Of a DNA stretch of 64,000 nt, positions 27,927-37,595 are shown piece by piece. Made by a program: the position numbers and the translations under genes. This DNA comes from Candidatus Multivoradales bacterium (GTDB taxonomy: Bacteria > Acidobacteriota > Thermoanaerobaculia > Multivoradales > JAHEKO01). The stretch spans positions 2,432,001 through 2,496,000 of the forward strand of contig CBDFIJ010000004.1 in NCBI GenBank assembly GCA_965248055.1. The letters run 5' to 3'. Position 1 is the first letter of the stretch. Every line of letters starts with the position of its first letter. Under the pieces are notes generated by a model that did no database searches, had not been told where the DNA came from, and saw only the letters and a list, made by a program, of their open reading frames with translations.

Positions 27927-29381
27927 CTATCGCGCAGAGGTCTCCACAGGACGTGTTTGGTTGGCTACCGCTGCCAAGAGAGCTGCCACCACGCGCTTCA
28001 TACGCGCGACCCCCTGCTCGAACTCGTCGACAGGAACCCGCTCATCAACCCCATGAATCCCCTGGCGAACTTCGGGAGGGTAGAGAAATGGTGACAGGCC
28101 GTAGGTTGAAATACCCATCTGTCGCAAGTAGCGGGCGTCGGTCGCGCCGGAGATCATGACCGGGACCACCGGAGTGTTCTCCCCTAGAGCATCTTCGATT
28201 GCCTGCCACCAGATTCCGCTGGTGGACACCGCGGGGACGGGGGGAGAGGAGTGGAGGATTTCCAGACCGACCCCCTTGCCTAAAATGGTGCGAACCTCGC
28301 CGAGAAACTCTTCCTGGGAGGTGTCAGGAAGTAACCGTGCGTCAAGAGTTGCGTGGGCGGTCGCGGGCACCACGTTAACCGCGCTGCCAGCTTCCAGTTG
28401 AGTTACTTGGATGGTGTCCAGGAAAAGCTGATGTTGCCCCAAGCGCAACACGGTTTCCGCAGTGCCATTATCGATCGCCTGCTGAATACGATCCATGCTG
28501 GGCCCCCTGGGCGAACCGAGCTTGGCTTCAATACCGCGCAAGTAGGTCTCGACTGCTGGTGTGGTGCGGTAGTTGCGAGGTCGGTCCGCCAACGCTGCGA
28601 GCGCCCTGGCCAGGTTCTTAGGAGCGGTGTTGAGGTTCAACTTGGCACCGTGGCTAGCTCTTCCGCGGAAAGTTGCACGTAGCCAGAGGGGGCGTTTCTG
28701 TTCAAACTCGACGCCCCACCAAAGAAGCCCTTCAGAAAGAACCCGGTTGACCCCACCCTCAGTCAAGGCAACAGCGACTTCATCAAACAAGTGTGGATAG
28801 GCAGCAGTAACCCAGGCAAGCCCCTCCTCGCCACCGCTTTCCTCGTCTGCCGTGGCAAGAAAAATCAAACGGGTCCTGGGATTTTGTCGCTGTATAGCAT
28901 CGATAAACGCAGCGAGGTGAGCGACGCCGAGTCCTTTTGAGTCAATCGCTCCGCGGCCCCATATCTCAGGCCCTTGATCAACGGAGTTGATATTGAACCC
29001 GCTACGAATTTCCCCAGAGAACGGTGGAACCGTCCAATCCTCATCTCTGGCTGGCACTACATCCAAGTGATGCAAAAGTAGAATTGCCGGAAAATCTTTC
29101 GGCCCCACTTCGGCATACAGATTTGGCCGTCCCGTCGGCCCCACCAGCAATTGAGTGGCTATGCCATGACGATGTAGTTCTTCGGCCAGCAGCGCGGCAG
29201 CTTGGTGCTCGCCTTGGGCAGTGGTGCCGTTAATCTGGAGGTACGAACTCAGTAGCTCCACCGGTTGAATGGTTGTTTGGGCTCTCCCTGAGGACGCAAG
29301 GAGCAACGGCCCAAGCGACAGCCCAGCCAAGGCACAGCGAAAAAAAGTTGTTGGCGAATTCTCCAGAGATCTGAGAATCAT
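27927..29381 (-). CDS. exported M20/M25/M40 family metallo-hydrolase
   Basis: Signal-like N-terminus; HLDVV, GRGAIDSKG, DEESGG, TEGG, IHGVDER (full metal-ligand set). Confidence 0.9.
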   Translation of the reverse strand: MILRSLENSPTTFFRCALAGLSLGPLLLASSGRAQTTIQPVELLSSYLQINGTTAQGEHQAAALLAEELHRHGIATQLLVGPTGRPNLYAEVGPKDFPAILLLHHLDVVPARDEDWTVPPFSGEIRSGFNINSVDQGPEIWGRGAIDSKGLGVAHLAAFIDAIQRQNPRTRLIFLATADEESGGEEGLAWVTAAYPHLFDEVAVALTEGGVNRVLSEGLLWWGVEFEQKRPLWLRATFRGRASHGAKLNLNTAPKNLARALAALADRPRNYRTTPAVETYLRGIEAKLGSPRGPSMDRIQQAIDNGTAETVLRLGQHQLFLDTIQVTQLEAGSAVNVVPATAHATLDARLLPDTSQEEFLGEVRTILGKGVGLEILHSSPPVPAVSTSGIWWQAIEDALGENTPVVPVMISGATDARYLRQMGISTYGLSPFLYPPEVRQGIHGVDERVPVDEFEQGVARMKRVVAALLAAVANQTRPVETSAR

Positions 29382-29544
29382 GAAGTGAGTCTAGAGGGTT
29401 GTGGGTTAGGTTGGTAGAGCCACGGACGGTCAAGTAGACCAAAGGCCATCATGCTTGCGATTCCGTCTGAGCGGGGAAAGGAATCGAATGTGACAAAGAC
29501 ACGAACGAATCACTCCCCGTGCGGACTCGGGGTCTGCGGTAGAT

Positions 29545-29575
29545 AAAAAAAGAGGCGCCTCTCGGCGCCTCTTTT
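29545..29575 (-). terminator. Rho-independent (bidirectional-type) terminator after the pilin gene
   Basis: Perfect 12-bp stem AAAAGAGGCGCC / GGCGCCTCTTTT, 4-nt loop, U7 on the minus strand. Confidence 0.9.
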
Positions 29576-29597
29576 ACTACCCAATGATAGTTCTAAC

Positions 29598-30254
29598 TCA
29601 GGCGACACCTGGTGCGCATGCGGGTAGCGAACCGCCGTTGGCGGCTTCCGCTTGCTGCTTACCCACCGGGAAGGCGGCGAAAGTCCCTTCTGCCCAAACG
29701 ATGTCTTGTTCGTAGCAGTTGGCATAGAACGGAACAGCAGGAGTCTCCGCTGCATCACAGGTGGCGTCGACTACTCCAGCTGCAGGACGACCACAGGAGA
29801 AGATCGCCGCTACATTCGAGCCCAGCGGGTTGACCGTGTTTAGAAAGAAGTCAAAATCCCGGCCCCAGCCATCCGATCGTGGCAAATTCTGGATATAGCG
29901 CACTCGCCCGTTGGATGGATTTGGGCATGGATCATCGCCTTCGCACAACACCAAGAATAGTTCCGCGTCCGAATGATCTATGTCTGCCTCGGTCGCATAG
30001 TGGCCGGGGTCCCAAGTGTTCGCCGTCGGGCTTGCCCCCGCAGCCGCTGCGCCGCCTTCGTCGGTGATGTATTCAAACATCGCCACGCCGATCGAACGAG
30101 CGTCGCCGACCGTATCTTTTTGCTTAGCCTTCTGCAGGGCGTCCAGTAACTCCGGGATCAAGATCGTAGCGATAATGCCGATGATCGCGATCACGATCAG
30201 CAGTTCAATCAAAGTGAAACCCTGCTGGCGCCTCGTTCTTAAGTAGTTTTGCAT
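29598..30254 (-). CDS. type IV pilin / GspG-type pseudopilin (218 aa, 6 Cys)
   Basis: AAGGAG RBS before ATG 30254; class III signal QQG|FTLIELLIVIAIIGIIA; DGWG motif; DIVWAEGTF. Confidence 0.92.
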   Translation of the reverse strand: MQNYLRTRRQQGFTLIELLIVIAIIGIIATILIPELLDALQKAKQKDTVGDARSIGVAMFEYITDEGGAAAAGASPTANTWDPGHYATEADIDHSDAELFLVLCEGDDPCPNPSNGRVRYIQNLPRSDGWGRDFDFFLNTVNPLGSNVAAIFSCGRPAAGVVDATCDAAETPAVPFYANCYEQDIVWAEGTFAAFPVGKQQAEAANGGSLPACAPGVA

Positions 30255-30329
30255 CGTCGTTCTCCTTATGGGGTGTACTGATGCGGGCTTCATGAGCATC
30301 GACGCCCCAGCCGCGCTGGAGGAAAATGG

Positions 30330-30345
30330 AGCACGCCTCGTGCCA
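30330..30345 (-). promoter_or_regulatory. sigma54 -24/-12 promoter of the pilin gene
   Basis: Minus strand TGGCAC-GAGGC-GTGCT vs consensus TGGCAC-N5-TTGCW, correct GG-N10-GC spacing, about 75 nt upstream of the ATG. Confidence 0.75.
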
Positions 30346-30396
30346 GCCGTGTGGATTATCTAACTGTATGTAAATGAATGAGTTAACATGCCAACA

Positions 30397-30455
30397 TGTG
30401 ACCTGTCGCACAACCCTTGTGACGTTTTACGGCAAACGGTGTGACAAATAACGGA
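30397..30455. promoter_or_regulatory. phased TGTGAC repeats (candidate enhancer / CRP-like site)
   Basis: TGTGAC at 30397, 30418 and 30440 (21/22-bp spacing); the first is TGTGA-N6-GCACA. Confidence 0.55.
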
Positions 30456-30507
30456 GCGTCTTAATACAGGTCAATTTTGGTGGGACGAAGGTCGAGAGAG
30501 TGGTTTT

Positions 30508-31920
30508 CTAGTGGCTGCCGGCAAGGCTGACGATTTCTCGCACCGCATCTCGGTACTCGGCCACTCCATTGACGTAACTGGTAAGCAGGATTCGCTCATT
30601 GGGTCGGTCGTTTTGCATCATGCCCGCAGCGACAAACGCAAAGGGCGAATAACCGTAGGTGGTGATGTCGTGTGAGCGAAACTCCCGTCCGTCGGTACCG
30701 ACGTAGGACAACAAATAAGGTCCCGACTCACCGCCGCGTGCTGCAAGTCGCCTGGTTAGGGTTTCGAATACAGCGTGATTGGTGGTGCTTGGATTGGGTC
30801 CGGGGTAGAACTGGGCACTGCGGTTGACACCGGTCATCATCCATCCCGGAATAAGGTCATCGACATTGCCGTGTGGCCAAGCAGTTCGTTGGTTGGGCTG
30901 CCGGATTGCGAGATGGGAGGAAACAAATCCGTTTTCAAGCTCCTGAACCGATGAGGGGTTAACTCTCTCCTGTAGCAAGAGTCGAACAAAGAATGGTAGG
31001 GCGTCAACTCGCCGTTGGTCGTAGAGCAGTCTTTCTGGCTGAGCCATCACGTCAACGTGGATCGGTTGACGACGGAACCCGGCGAGACTCTTGAGAGTCT
31101 CAGCGACCTCGGGAGGCACGCCTACGCCCGCTCGGGGAATATTTCTGAGGTCGGTGTTGAGATCGTCCAGGCGTTGTCGGTTTGGAGCGCAGACGGAGAT
31201 CTGCACCCACTGCATCTGACCAACTTCAACTCCCCAATAGCGAACCACACCTTCCTCGAAGGATTCCGTGACCCCACCTTCAGTGAGAACCGTCCAAGAA
31301 CGTTCAACGATTTCTGGATGCTCGCGCAAGAACCACTTGGTCCCCAGGCGGCTGCCGGTCTCCTCGTCGGAGGTGGCGAGCAGAATCAGCGAATATTCTG
31401 GCTGAACCCCAGAAGCCGCGACATCGAGGAAGGCCAACATTTGGGCGATGCCATAACTTTTCATATCGAAGGTGCCGCGGCCAGCTATCAAAGGCCCCAA
31501 AATCCGGCCCTCAAAAGGGGGGGTATCCCAGTTTTCGGAAACTGCTGGGAAAACATCAATGTGGTGGTGTAAAACCAGCGCTTCAGGGCGTCTGCCCTCA
31601 ATCACCGCCCACAGGTTGGCCTGACCGGTGGCAAGTCTTTCCATCTGTGGTTCGATTCCATGTTGCCGAAGAATACGGGCCAGCCACTCAGCTCCGGCGA
31701 GCTCTTTGCCAGAGGTCGTCTCCTGGGCTATGTACTCTTGGAGTAGCTGCACCTCTTCCATCGAGGCGAAATCAATCCCGTGCCAATCCGGCCGGTCAAG
31801 CTCTTCAAATCGCTGCCAAATTTTCAACCCGCCCCAGGCAACAAATGTGAGAGTCAAGATCGCGATCAACAACCGACGCGGGGATCTGTGTAAGCCTGAC
31901 ATCGTACGGATCTTATCCAT
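30508..31920 (-). CDS. membrane-anchored M20 family metallo-hydrolase paralog
   Basis: N-terminal TM segment; HHIDV, GRGTFDMKS, DEETG, TEGG; C-terminal His motif replaced by QNDRPNER. Confidence 0.85.
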   Translation of the reverse strand: MDKIRTMSGLHRSPRRLLIAILTLTFVAWGGLKIWQRFEELDRPDWHGIDFASMEEVQLLQEYIAQETTSGKELAGAEWLARILRQHGIEPQMERLATGQANLWAVIEGRRPEALVLHHHIDVFPAVSENWDTPPFEGRILGPLIAGRGTFDMKSYGIAQMLAFLDVAASGVQPEYSLILLATSDEETGSRLGTKWFLREHPEIVERSWTVLTEGGVTESFEEGVVRYWGVEVGQMQWVQISVCAPNRQRLDDLNTDLRNIPRAGVGVPPEVAETLKSLAGFRRQPIHVDVMAQPERLLYDQRRVDALPFFVRLLLQERVNPSSVQELENGFVSSHLAIRQPNQRTAWPHGNVDDLIPGWMMTGVNRSAQFYPGPNPSTTNHAVFETLTRRLAARGGESGPYLLSYVGTDGREFRSHDITTYGYSPFAFVAAGMMQNDRPNERILLTSYVNGVAEYRDAVREIVSLAGSH

Positions 31921-32189
31921 CTCAAAGGGAAATGTGCTTGAACGTTCCTGCTGTCAGGTCGCAAGCTCTTCAGTGTGGCGCGATTTGTCCCAGGAGAAGG
32001 GCGACGAAGCGGCGAAGGACTAAAGCTCGCAGGTTATGTTCTTGCAGCCAGTGATCGAATCCGGTCGAGCCATACAGCCCCCGTGGTGGCTCGCCACCCT
32101 TGCTCTTGCACTGGTGCTGTATACGCCAATACCCACCTTCTTACGGCATCACGACTGGCCATCTTTGGGGGAGACAGCTTGGTTCTGGC

Positions 32190-33599
32190 CGGACTAATTA
32201 GGCTGTTGGCGCCGGAGTACAACAGTTTCCCGGAGCTCGATCGGCCAAGGGGACGGCGTTTTTCCTTGGCGGTGCGATCGGGCTTTGCGTTGACGTTCAG
32301 TTTCAATCTTCTCACCCACTGTGGCTACTCGTGATTTACACGGTTGCCGCTGGGCTGGCACTAGCTTCTCCGCACTAGTTCTGCAGCCACACACAACGAG
32401 CATATTGGCTAGCGGGAATTCCTGAAGAGATCCCCGGAGCAGTGGAAGCGAGCGAACTGATGCGCGAAACCTATCTCTCGTGTGGCATTTGACTCTACGA
32501 GCGAGCGTATTCGCTGCACTTCAACACTCTGGAGTCACCCGCTTCGTTGTTGGATGCCAGAGATCGAACAACCCAAAAGCTTAAGAGCGGCGACCGAGTG
32601 TTCGGCGAAATAAGAAGTGCATCAGTGTTAGAGAAGATGAAGCTGAGTGGCTATTAACTTCGGATCTACCAAACAATTGGTTGGATCTGTGCTCGGTGCC
32701 TGAGGCCACACCCACCAGTTGCTATAGCTGTGACGTTTGGGGCGTCAGTAGAGTTCTTTCCACACAGGAGAGGCGCCTTGATCGTGTCCGAATATATCGC
32801 CGAAGTACTAGTGCAGCGATCGTGGGTAGTGCATCGAGTTCAATGGACCCTTAAGGAGTGGATTGGCCGCAAGCGTCGTCCAGTACTACCGGTAGGTTGG
32901 AAGCTGAGTGCGAGACGGCCCGGCCCGCTGGCTGTCATCCCTACGATTGAACGGTTGCGCGCTGATGCCCAGCAGTCACCAGGAGGCGCGGTATTTCTGG
33001 CCCATCTTCTACACCCGCATGGCCCTTTCGTCTACGACGGCCAATGTCGAACCAAACCAGTGCAACAGTGGAAAGACAGGATGAAGGAAGACCGGAGGAA
33101 CTTTGACCCAGCGGCGCGCCAGGCATGGTATGTGGCATATCTGGAGCAGGTGTGCTGCGCAACACAGATGTTTGCTGAGCCGTTCGATGAGTTGCGAGAT
33201 TACCCTGGATTTGAAGATGCGGTTTACCTAATGCACGGAGACCATGGCTCACGGATTGCTGCTCGAAGACCCAGTTTGATCCGTAGTAAAGATCTCTCGG
33301 AAAGAGATCTCCTAGACTCCTACTCCACGCTACTGGCAGTTCGAGCACCATCGATGGAGACTGGGATTGACCCTAGGCCGACGAGTATCAATCGTACTGT
33401 TGCCAGCTTCTGGAACGTCGACTATCAAGGGGCCTCTAGCGACGGAGTTTGGCTGATCCCGGTCGGGAAAGATAGCCAAGTTCCGTTGGCACGTCTTTGG
33501 CCAACAACCGGCAACGAAGACCACCCCGACCCCAGCGATCCAACTATTTGGAACAAACAGCGCCACTTTGTCCCATTGAGAGCTACGCCCCGGCTATGA
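32190..33599 (+). pseudogene. degraded sulfatase-like hydrolase/transferase (alkaline phosphatase superfamily)
   Basis: C-terminal ORF has HLLHPHGPFVYD and HGDHGSRI. Upstream coding-like fragments (NEHIG / LAGIPEEIPG..CGI*LYERAYS..SGY*LRIYQT / NWLDLC) are broken by frameshifts and stops at 32490 (TGA) and 32655 (TAA). 5' boundary approximate. Confidence 0.7.
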
Positions 33600-33607
33600 T
33601 TAGCATC

Positions 33608-34741
33608 ATGAAAGTTCCGGTGTTTAATCTGAGTCGAGCTGAGCAACGAATCGCCGTAGAACTCGACCGCCGCTGGGCAGATGCGCGTCAACGGACTGCG
33701 TTTGTCGGTGGTGATGAGGTGGCGGAGTTTGAGGCCGCTTGGTCTCAGTTTCTCGATCCGGTGGACCCAGTTGGCTGCGTTGGCGTTGCCAATGGTACGG
33801 ATGCCTTGGAACTCTCGATGCGGGCTCTTGAAATCATGCCCGGCGATGAGGTGTTAGTACCGGATTTCACCTTTGTCGCGACTGCGTCCGCGGTCGCTCT
33901 CGCCGGTGGAACCCCAGTGCTGGTTGATGTCGATCCCAAGACCTTGAACATTAATTTCGATCAGGCGGAAACTCTGGTCAACGAACGGACCGTTGGTTAC
34001 ATTGGGGTCCATTTGTACGGATGCCCCTACGATCTCGACCGCGGCGCTGAGTTTGCCAAGCGCCATGGTTTGTGGGTGATTGAAGATGCGGCGCAAGCCC
34101 ACGGTGCTCGCTGGGATGGTGCTCGGGTAGGGGCCCTGGGTGATCTTGCGACCTGGAGTTTCTATCCTTCCAAGAACTTAGGCTGTTTTGGTGATGGCGG
34201 GGCGGTTACCGGCAGAGACGATGCCTTGGTTCAGAGAGTCCGTAAGCTCGCCGACCACGGACGGCAAGAGCATTATTGGCATGACCGCGTTGGTCGCAAC
34301 AGCCGCCTGGACGGACTACAGGCGGCGGTGCTGAATGCCCGGTTGCCAACCCTGGACGCCGACAATGAGCGTCGCCGCTCGATCGCTGCTCGCTATCGGG
34401 AGGTGATCGAACCGCTGCCCACGATCACGGCACTGTCGGTTGAAGACCGGGCCGAAGCGGTGTTTCACCAGTTTACGATTTTGGTTGAAGACCGGGATCG
34501 GACGAAAGAAGAACTGGCAGAACTTGGTATTGGATCGGCGATTCACTATCCAGCACCGCTGCATGTCCAGCCGCTATGGAAGGTGCGACCGGAGGTAGTC
34601 TGTGGCGACTACGCCGTGGCTGTGCGGGCCGCTCAACAGGTGTTGTGCCTGCCTATGTTTCCGGAACTGACTGACGAAGAAGTCGAGACGGTAGCTGATG
34701 CTCTCCAGGTTGTGAGTGCGCAGGCCGTTCAGTTCGCCTGA
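33608..34741 (+). CDS. DegT/DnrJ/EryC1/StrS sugar aminotransferase
   Basis: GVANGTDAL, EDAAQAHGA, SFYPSKNLG.FGDGG, NSRLD; start 33596 or 33608. Confidence 0.95.
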   Translation: MKVPVFNLSRAEQRIAVELDRRWADARQRTAFVGGDEVAEFEAAWSQFLDPVDPVGCVGVANGTDALELSMRALEIMPGDEVLVPDFTFVATASAVALAGGTPVLVDVDPKTLNINFDQAETLVNERTVGYIGVHLYGCPYDLDRGAEFAKRHGLWVIEDAAQAHGARWDGARVGALGDLATWSFYPSKNLGCFGDGGAVTGRDDALVQRVRKLADHGRQEHYWHDRVGRNSRLDGLQAAVLNARLPTLDADNERRRSIAARYREVIEPLPTITALSVEDRAEAVFHQFTILVEDRDRTKEELAELGIGSAIHYPAPLHVQPLWKVRPEVVCGDYAVAVRAAQQVLCLPMFPELTDEEVETVADALQVVSAQAVQFA

Positions 34742-35997
34742 TTCTCTGGCAACCAATCGGGTCGAGGTAGTCGCACTAGCTGCAGGAGTGAAGCGACCAA
34801 TCGCTGGTCGGGGCCGGCTCGGTGAGGGGTATCGAACTGCCATACGACTTCCTGGTCTGAGGTGACTTCGATCGCCCGGCCCGCGTAGGATTCGACAATC
34901 AAGGTGTTGCCGTTGGTCAAACGCTGGACTACACCGGCTTCTGGAGAATCAAGGACTGGTTGGTTGATTTTGGGGTACGACCATTCGATCGCTCCTACTA
35001 GGGAGATTTCTAGAGCTCTACTGGTGCCATCGACGTTGCCGTCGTTGTCGAAGATCAGCAGATTGCCTCCAGAGAGCAGAACCGGCTCATGCTGCAAGCG
35101 AAATGGTCCTTGCTGGCCCCAAACTAGCTCTTCGGTGGTTGAATCGAGTATTCCGATGAAATGAATTTCTCTTGCGGAGAAGAGAATGTTGCCGGGTTGA
35201 AAGGCGGTTCCTGCCACTTGGCCTGCATCAAGCACCGACACTGTGTTGCAGTGGAGAATATCCGCGTGCCCTGGAATATCCTCAAGAACAGAGGACCATC
35301 TTGATCGAGAGATGGCGTCTAGGATGGAGAGCGTTCGTTGGACCTCTCCAGATTGCGGATCGATCCACACCAGATGATCGTTGAGAACCGGCTCTGCGCG
35401 CAGAGTGGGGCGATTATCGATGCTCTTGCTAAGCGTGACAATGGTCGGTTCGTCGCCTTCACCGTAGTCGAGATCGTTGTATACCCCCAGATCTAGCGAC
35501 CATCGAATCCGCCCGTTGATATCGACTCGTGCCAAACCACCTCCCTGCCACAAAACGATCAGGTCGCCGTCGGCAAGAAGATGAGCCCGTCGAATGAACC
35601 AGCCCCAGGTATCTTGGTTGCTGGGGCGGTTGGGAAACACTTCGTCGAAAGGAATCTGCCAGCGATGAAGGACTCTTCCCCGCATATCGATCAAGATCGC
35701 TTCAGAAGCATGCCCTGAGACATATAGGTTGACGCCATCTCCGGCGCGTTGCTGGTCGTAGACGCCCACCCCAGTCTTGCCATCCGTCGAATCGCGAGTG
35801 CCTGCCAGGTAGGGTAGCGACAAGCTCCGAGCGGCCAAATCTTTATTGCTCGCTGTGGGTGGTTGAAACGACCATCGCCCAGCCGGCCGTCGTTCGTTTT
35901 CTGCGATTTCAACCGTTTGCGATTCCGACCACCACAAGGTTATTGCGGTCAGAACTCCGGCCAGCAGCGCGCAGTAGAGCAAGGTTTGGCGTTTCAT
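34729..35997 (-). CDS. arylsulfotransferase family protein (ASST-like beta-propeller)
   Basis: N-terminal TM segment; DILHCNTV, LFSARE, QHEP..LIFDN, QRLTNGNTLIVES. Confidence 0.8.
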   Translation of the reverse strand: MKRQTLLYCALLAGVLTAITLWWSESQTVEIAENERRPAGRWSFQPPTASNKDLAARSLSLPYLAGTRDSTDGKTGVGVYDQQRAGDGVNLYVSGHASEAILIDMRGRVLHRWQIPFDEVFPNRPSNQDTWGWFIRRAHLLADGDLIVLWQGGGLARVDINGRIRWSLDLGVYNDLDYGEGDEPTIVTLSKSIDNRPTLRAEPVLNDHLVWIDPQSGEVQRTLSILDAISRSRWSSVLEDIPGHADILHCNTVSVLDAGQVAGTAFQPGNILFSAREIHFIGILDSTTEELVWGQQGPFRLQHEPVLLSGGNLLIFDNDGNVDGTSRALEISLVGAIEWSYPKINQPVLDSPEAGVVQRLTNGNTLIVESYAGRAIEVTSDQEVVWQFDTPHRAGPDQRLVASLLQLVRLPRPDWLPENQAN

Positions 35998-36045
35998 GGG
36001 TGGTGTATCGGGACTCCTCAAGGATTCGTCGGCTAGTATTCCTCG

Positions 36046-37581
36046 GTGACCCATTTACGCAAAGTTCTGATCGCCAACCGCGGTGAGATCACTGTGCGCA
36101 TTATTCGCGGCCTCAAGGAGCATGGAGCCTCGGCGGCGGTGGTCTATTCCGATGCCGACCGAGCTTCACTCGCGGTGAAGATGGCGGACGAGGCCTACCG
36201 CATCGGGCCAGCACCTTCGACCCAGAGTTATCTTCAAGGTGACGCGATTATCGAATTGGCGCTCGCGATCGAGGCGGATGGAATTCACCCAGGGTATGGA
36301 TTTTTGGCAGAGAATGCGAGCTTTGCCCGAGGGGTGAGGGAAGCAGGGATTACCTACATTGGACCATCGCCGGAGGCGATTGAAGCGATGGGTTCAAAGA
36401 TCCAGAGTCGTCAGCTGTTGAGTGAGGCGGGGGTTTCGCAGGTCCCAGGCGGTTTGGAAGCGCTCGGCAGTCTTGACGAGGCGGGAGAGCAGGCCGCAGA
36501 GATTGGCTATCCGGTCATGGTTAAGGCGTCAGCTGGTGGTGGCGGCAAGGGGATGCGGCTAGTGGAGTCCGCGGAGGAGCTAGCCGCTGCCTATCGTGCC
36601 GCACGCTCAGAGGCGGCTTCAAGCTTTGGCGATGACTCGGTTTATTTGGAGAAATTTCTAATTCGACCGCGTCATGTCGAGATTCAGGTTTTGGGCGACC
36701 AGCATGGAAACGTGATTGCCCTGGGCGAGCGGGAGTGCTCACTGCAACGACGCCATCAAAAAGTGGTCGAAGAAGCACCTTCGCCGGTAGTGGACCAGGA
36801 ACTCCGCGCTGCAATGAGCGCTGCGGCGGTCAAGGCAGCGAAGGCGGTGGGGTACACCAGCGCTGGGACGGTGGAGTTTCTGCTTGATGCGGAACAGAAT
36901 TTCTTCTTTCTGGAGATGAATACCCGATTGCAGGTAGAACACCCAATCACTGAATTGGTCACCGGAGTTGATTTAGTCGCATGGCAGCTCAAGATTGCCG
37001 AAGGAGCGACAATCCCGCTCGGATTGGTGCCGCAGAATCCACACGGCCATGCGATCGAAGTACGCCTTTATGCTGAGGATCCGAGCCGCAATTTCGCGCC
37101 TTCGCCCGGAGTTATCCGTCGGCTGCAATGGCCCGATGGCCCAGGTGTCCGGGTGGACGCTGGAGTGGAGCAAGGCGATGAAGTGACCGTTCACTACGAC
37201 CCGATGTTGGCCAAGCTGATTGTTTGGGGAAGTGATCGATCGACTGCAATAGAAAGACTGAGCCGCGCTCTGTCTGAGCTGCGCATCGAAGGGATCAGCA
37301 CCACCAAAGAGCTGTTTCAGAAGCTGGTTGAAGATGACCATTTCCGCACTGGGCAATTCGATATCGGTACCTTAGATCGGATGCTAAACGGTGAAGAGCA
37401 GGGTAATTCGATGAAACAAGATGCGAGCGAACAAGAGCAGACGCTCGCTCTGGCAATCGCCGCGATCGAACGGGAAAAGGAGGCCCGACGCTCCTCCCCG
37501 AGACTGCAGCCGGTCCGTTCCGGGTCGAGGCCGAATTGGACGAGTCGGGGTCGCGCAGAAGGCTTTGGCCAGGATTCCTAG
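36046..37581 (+). CDS. accC: biotin carboxylase subunit of an acetyl/propionyl-CoA carboxylase
   Basis: KVLIANRGEI, HPGYGFLAEN, GGGGKGMR, ECSLQRRHQK, EMNTRLQVEH. Confidence 0.93.
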   Translation: MTHLRKVLIANRGEITVRIIRGLKEHGASAAVVYSDADRASLAVKMADEAYRIGPAPSTQSYLQGDAIIELALAIEADGIHPGYGFLAENASFARGVREAGITYIGPSPEAIEAMGSKIQSRQLLSEAGVSQVPGGLEALGSLDEAGEQAAEIGYPVMVKASAGGGGKGMRLVESAEELAAAYRAARSEAASSFGDDSVYLEKFLIRPRHVEIQVLGDQHGNVIALGERECSLQRRHQKVVEEAPSPVVDQELRAAMSAAAVKAAKAVGYTSAGTVEFLLDAEQNFFFLEMNTRLQVEHPITELVTGVDLVAWQLKIAEGATIPLGLVPQNPHGHAIEVRLYAEDPSRNFAPSPGVIRRLQWPDGPGVRVDAGVEQGDEVTVHYDPMLAKLIVWGSDRSTAIERLSRALSELRIEGISTTKELFQKLVEDDHFRTGQFDIGTLDRMLNGEEQGNSMKQDASEQEQTLALAIAAIEREKEARRSSPRLQPVRSGSRPNWTSRGRAEGFGQDS

Positions 37582-37595
37582 GGTAGAAGCCGGCT

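Noticed and set aside
32490-32492. In-frame TGA as possible selenocysteine, given selA nearby
   Set aside because: The same region has a TAA stop and frameshifts, and no SECIS-like hairpin is evident; decay explains it.
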